From the NCBI GenBank assembly GCA_038087875.1, contig JAXLNO010005981.1, forward strand, positions 62,001-109,616: a DNA stretch of 47,616 nt, read 5' to 3'. Shown here one piece after another: positions 47,243 through 47,616 of the stretch. Origin of the DNA: Malacoraja senta. Taxonomy: Eukaryota. A model generated the notes under the pieces. The model did not search any database, was not told the DNA's origin, and saw only the letters and a program-made list of their open reading frames with translations. Within the stretch, counting starts at the first letter, position 1; each line of letters starts with the position of its first letter. Both the position numbers and the translations under genes were made by a program.

Positions 47243-47616
47243 ATGCAGCCAGTGATGCATGCATTCCCTTTAATGCAGCCAGTGATGCATGCATTCCCTT
47301 TAATGCAGCCAGTGATGCATGCATTCCCTTTAATGCAGCCAGTGATGCATGCATTCCCTTTAATGCAGCCAGTGATGCATGCATTCCCTTTGATGCAGCC
47401 AGTGATGCATGCATTCTCTTTAATGCAGCCAGTGATGCATGCATTCCCTTTAATGCAGCCAGTGATGCATGCATTGCCTTTAATGCAGCCAGTGATGCAT
47501 GCATTCCCTTTAATGCAGCCAGTGATGCATGCATTCCCTTTAATGCAGCCAGTGATGCATGCATTCCCCTTTAATGCAGCCAGTGACGCATGCATTCCAT
47601 TTATGCAGCCAGTGAT
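47243..47616. repeat. 30-bp minisatellite (atgcagccagtgatgcatgcattcccttta) x ~12.5, running off the window end
   Basis: Directly visible; units differ by 0-2 nt. Confidence 0.97.

Noticed and set aside
46903-47595. Long repetitive minus-strand ORFs (230 aa and 113 aa)
   Set aside because: They arise from a stop-free 30-bp tandem repeat and a CT tract; there is no independent coding evidence.
47243-47616. CRISPR-like array
   Set aside because: The units are head-to-tail with no unique spacers, and the context is eukaryotic.

Overview
Eukaryotic, repeat-dense DNA, very probably from a cartilaginous fish (skate/ray-like). This is inferred from HE1-type tRNA SINEs, CR1, Penelope and Rex1 remnants and the MHC class I-type exons. 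One host gene can be reconstructed on the + strand: a non-classical MHC class I-like heavy chain. Its exons are alpha2 5611-5884 (carrying a 2-nt frameshift), alpha3 12638-12904, transmembrane 15589-15696 and a terminal exon 26731-26771. The leader and alpha1 exons lie outside the window. The terminal exon encodes D-YQNI-QPKQNVHC*, the same tyrosine sorting motif as human CD1b, and the alpha2 groove is hydrophobic. Together these suggest a CD1-like, endosome-trafficking, possibly lipid-presenting molecule. The rest of the window is mostly mobile DNA: a Buster/Charlie hAT remnant, five L1 insertions (one near full length, one twin-primed 5'-inverted), and a structurally complete DIRS1-type element with ITR/ICR, a methyltransferase domain and an intact tyrosine recombinase. 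It also holds a rearranged ERV (pol end-env-LTR with a 0.7-kb internal duplication), a solo LTR, an hAT MITE, a CR1-derived tandem array split by a Rex1 LINE and many SINEs. At the right end is a CpG-rich ETS-motif promoter/first exon followed by a 30-bp minisatellite. There is an assembly gap at 19892-20029. Boundaries of old repeats are approximate.
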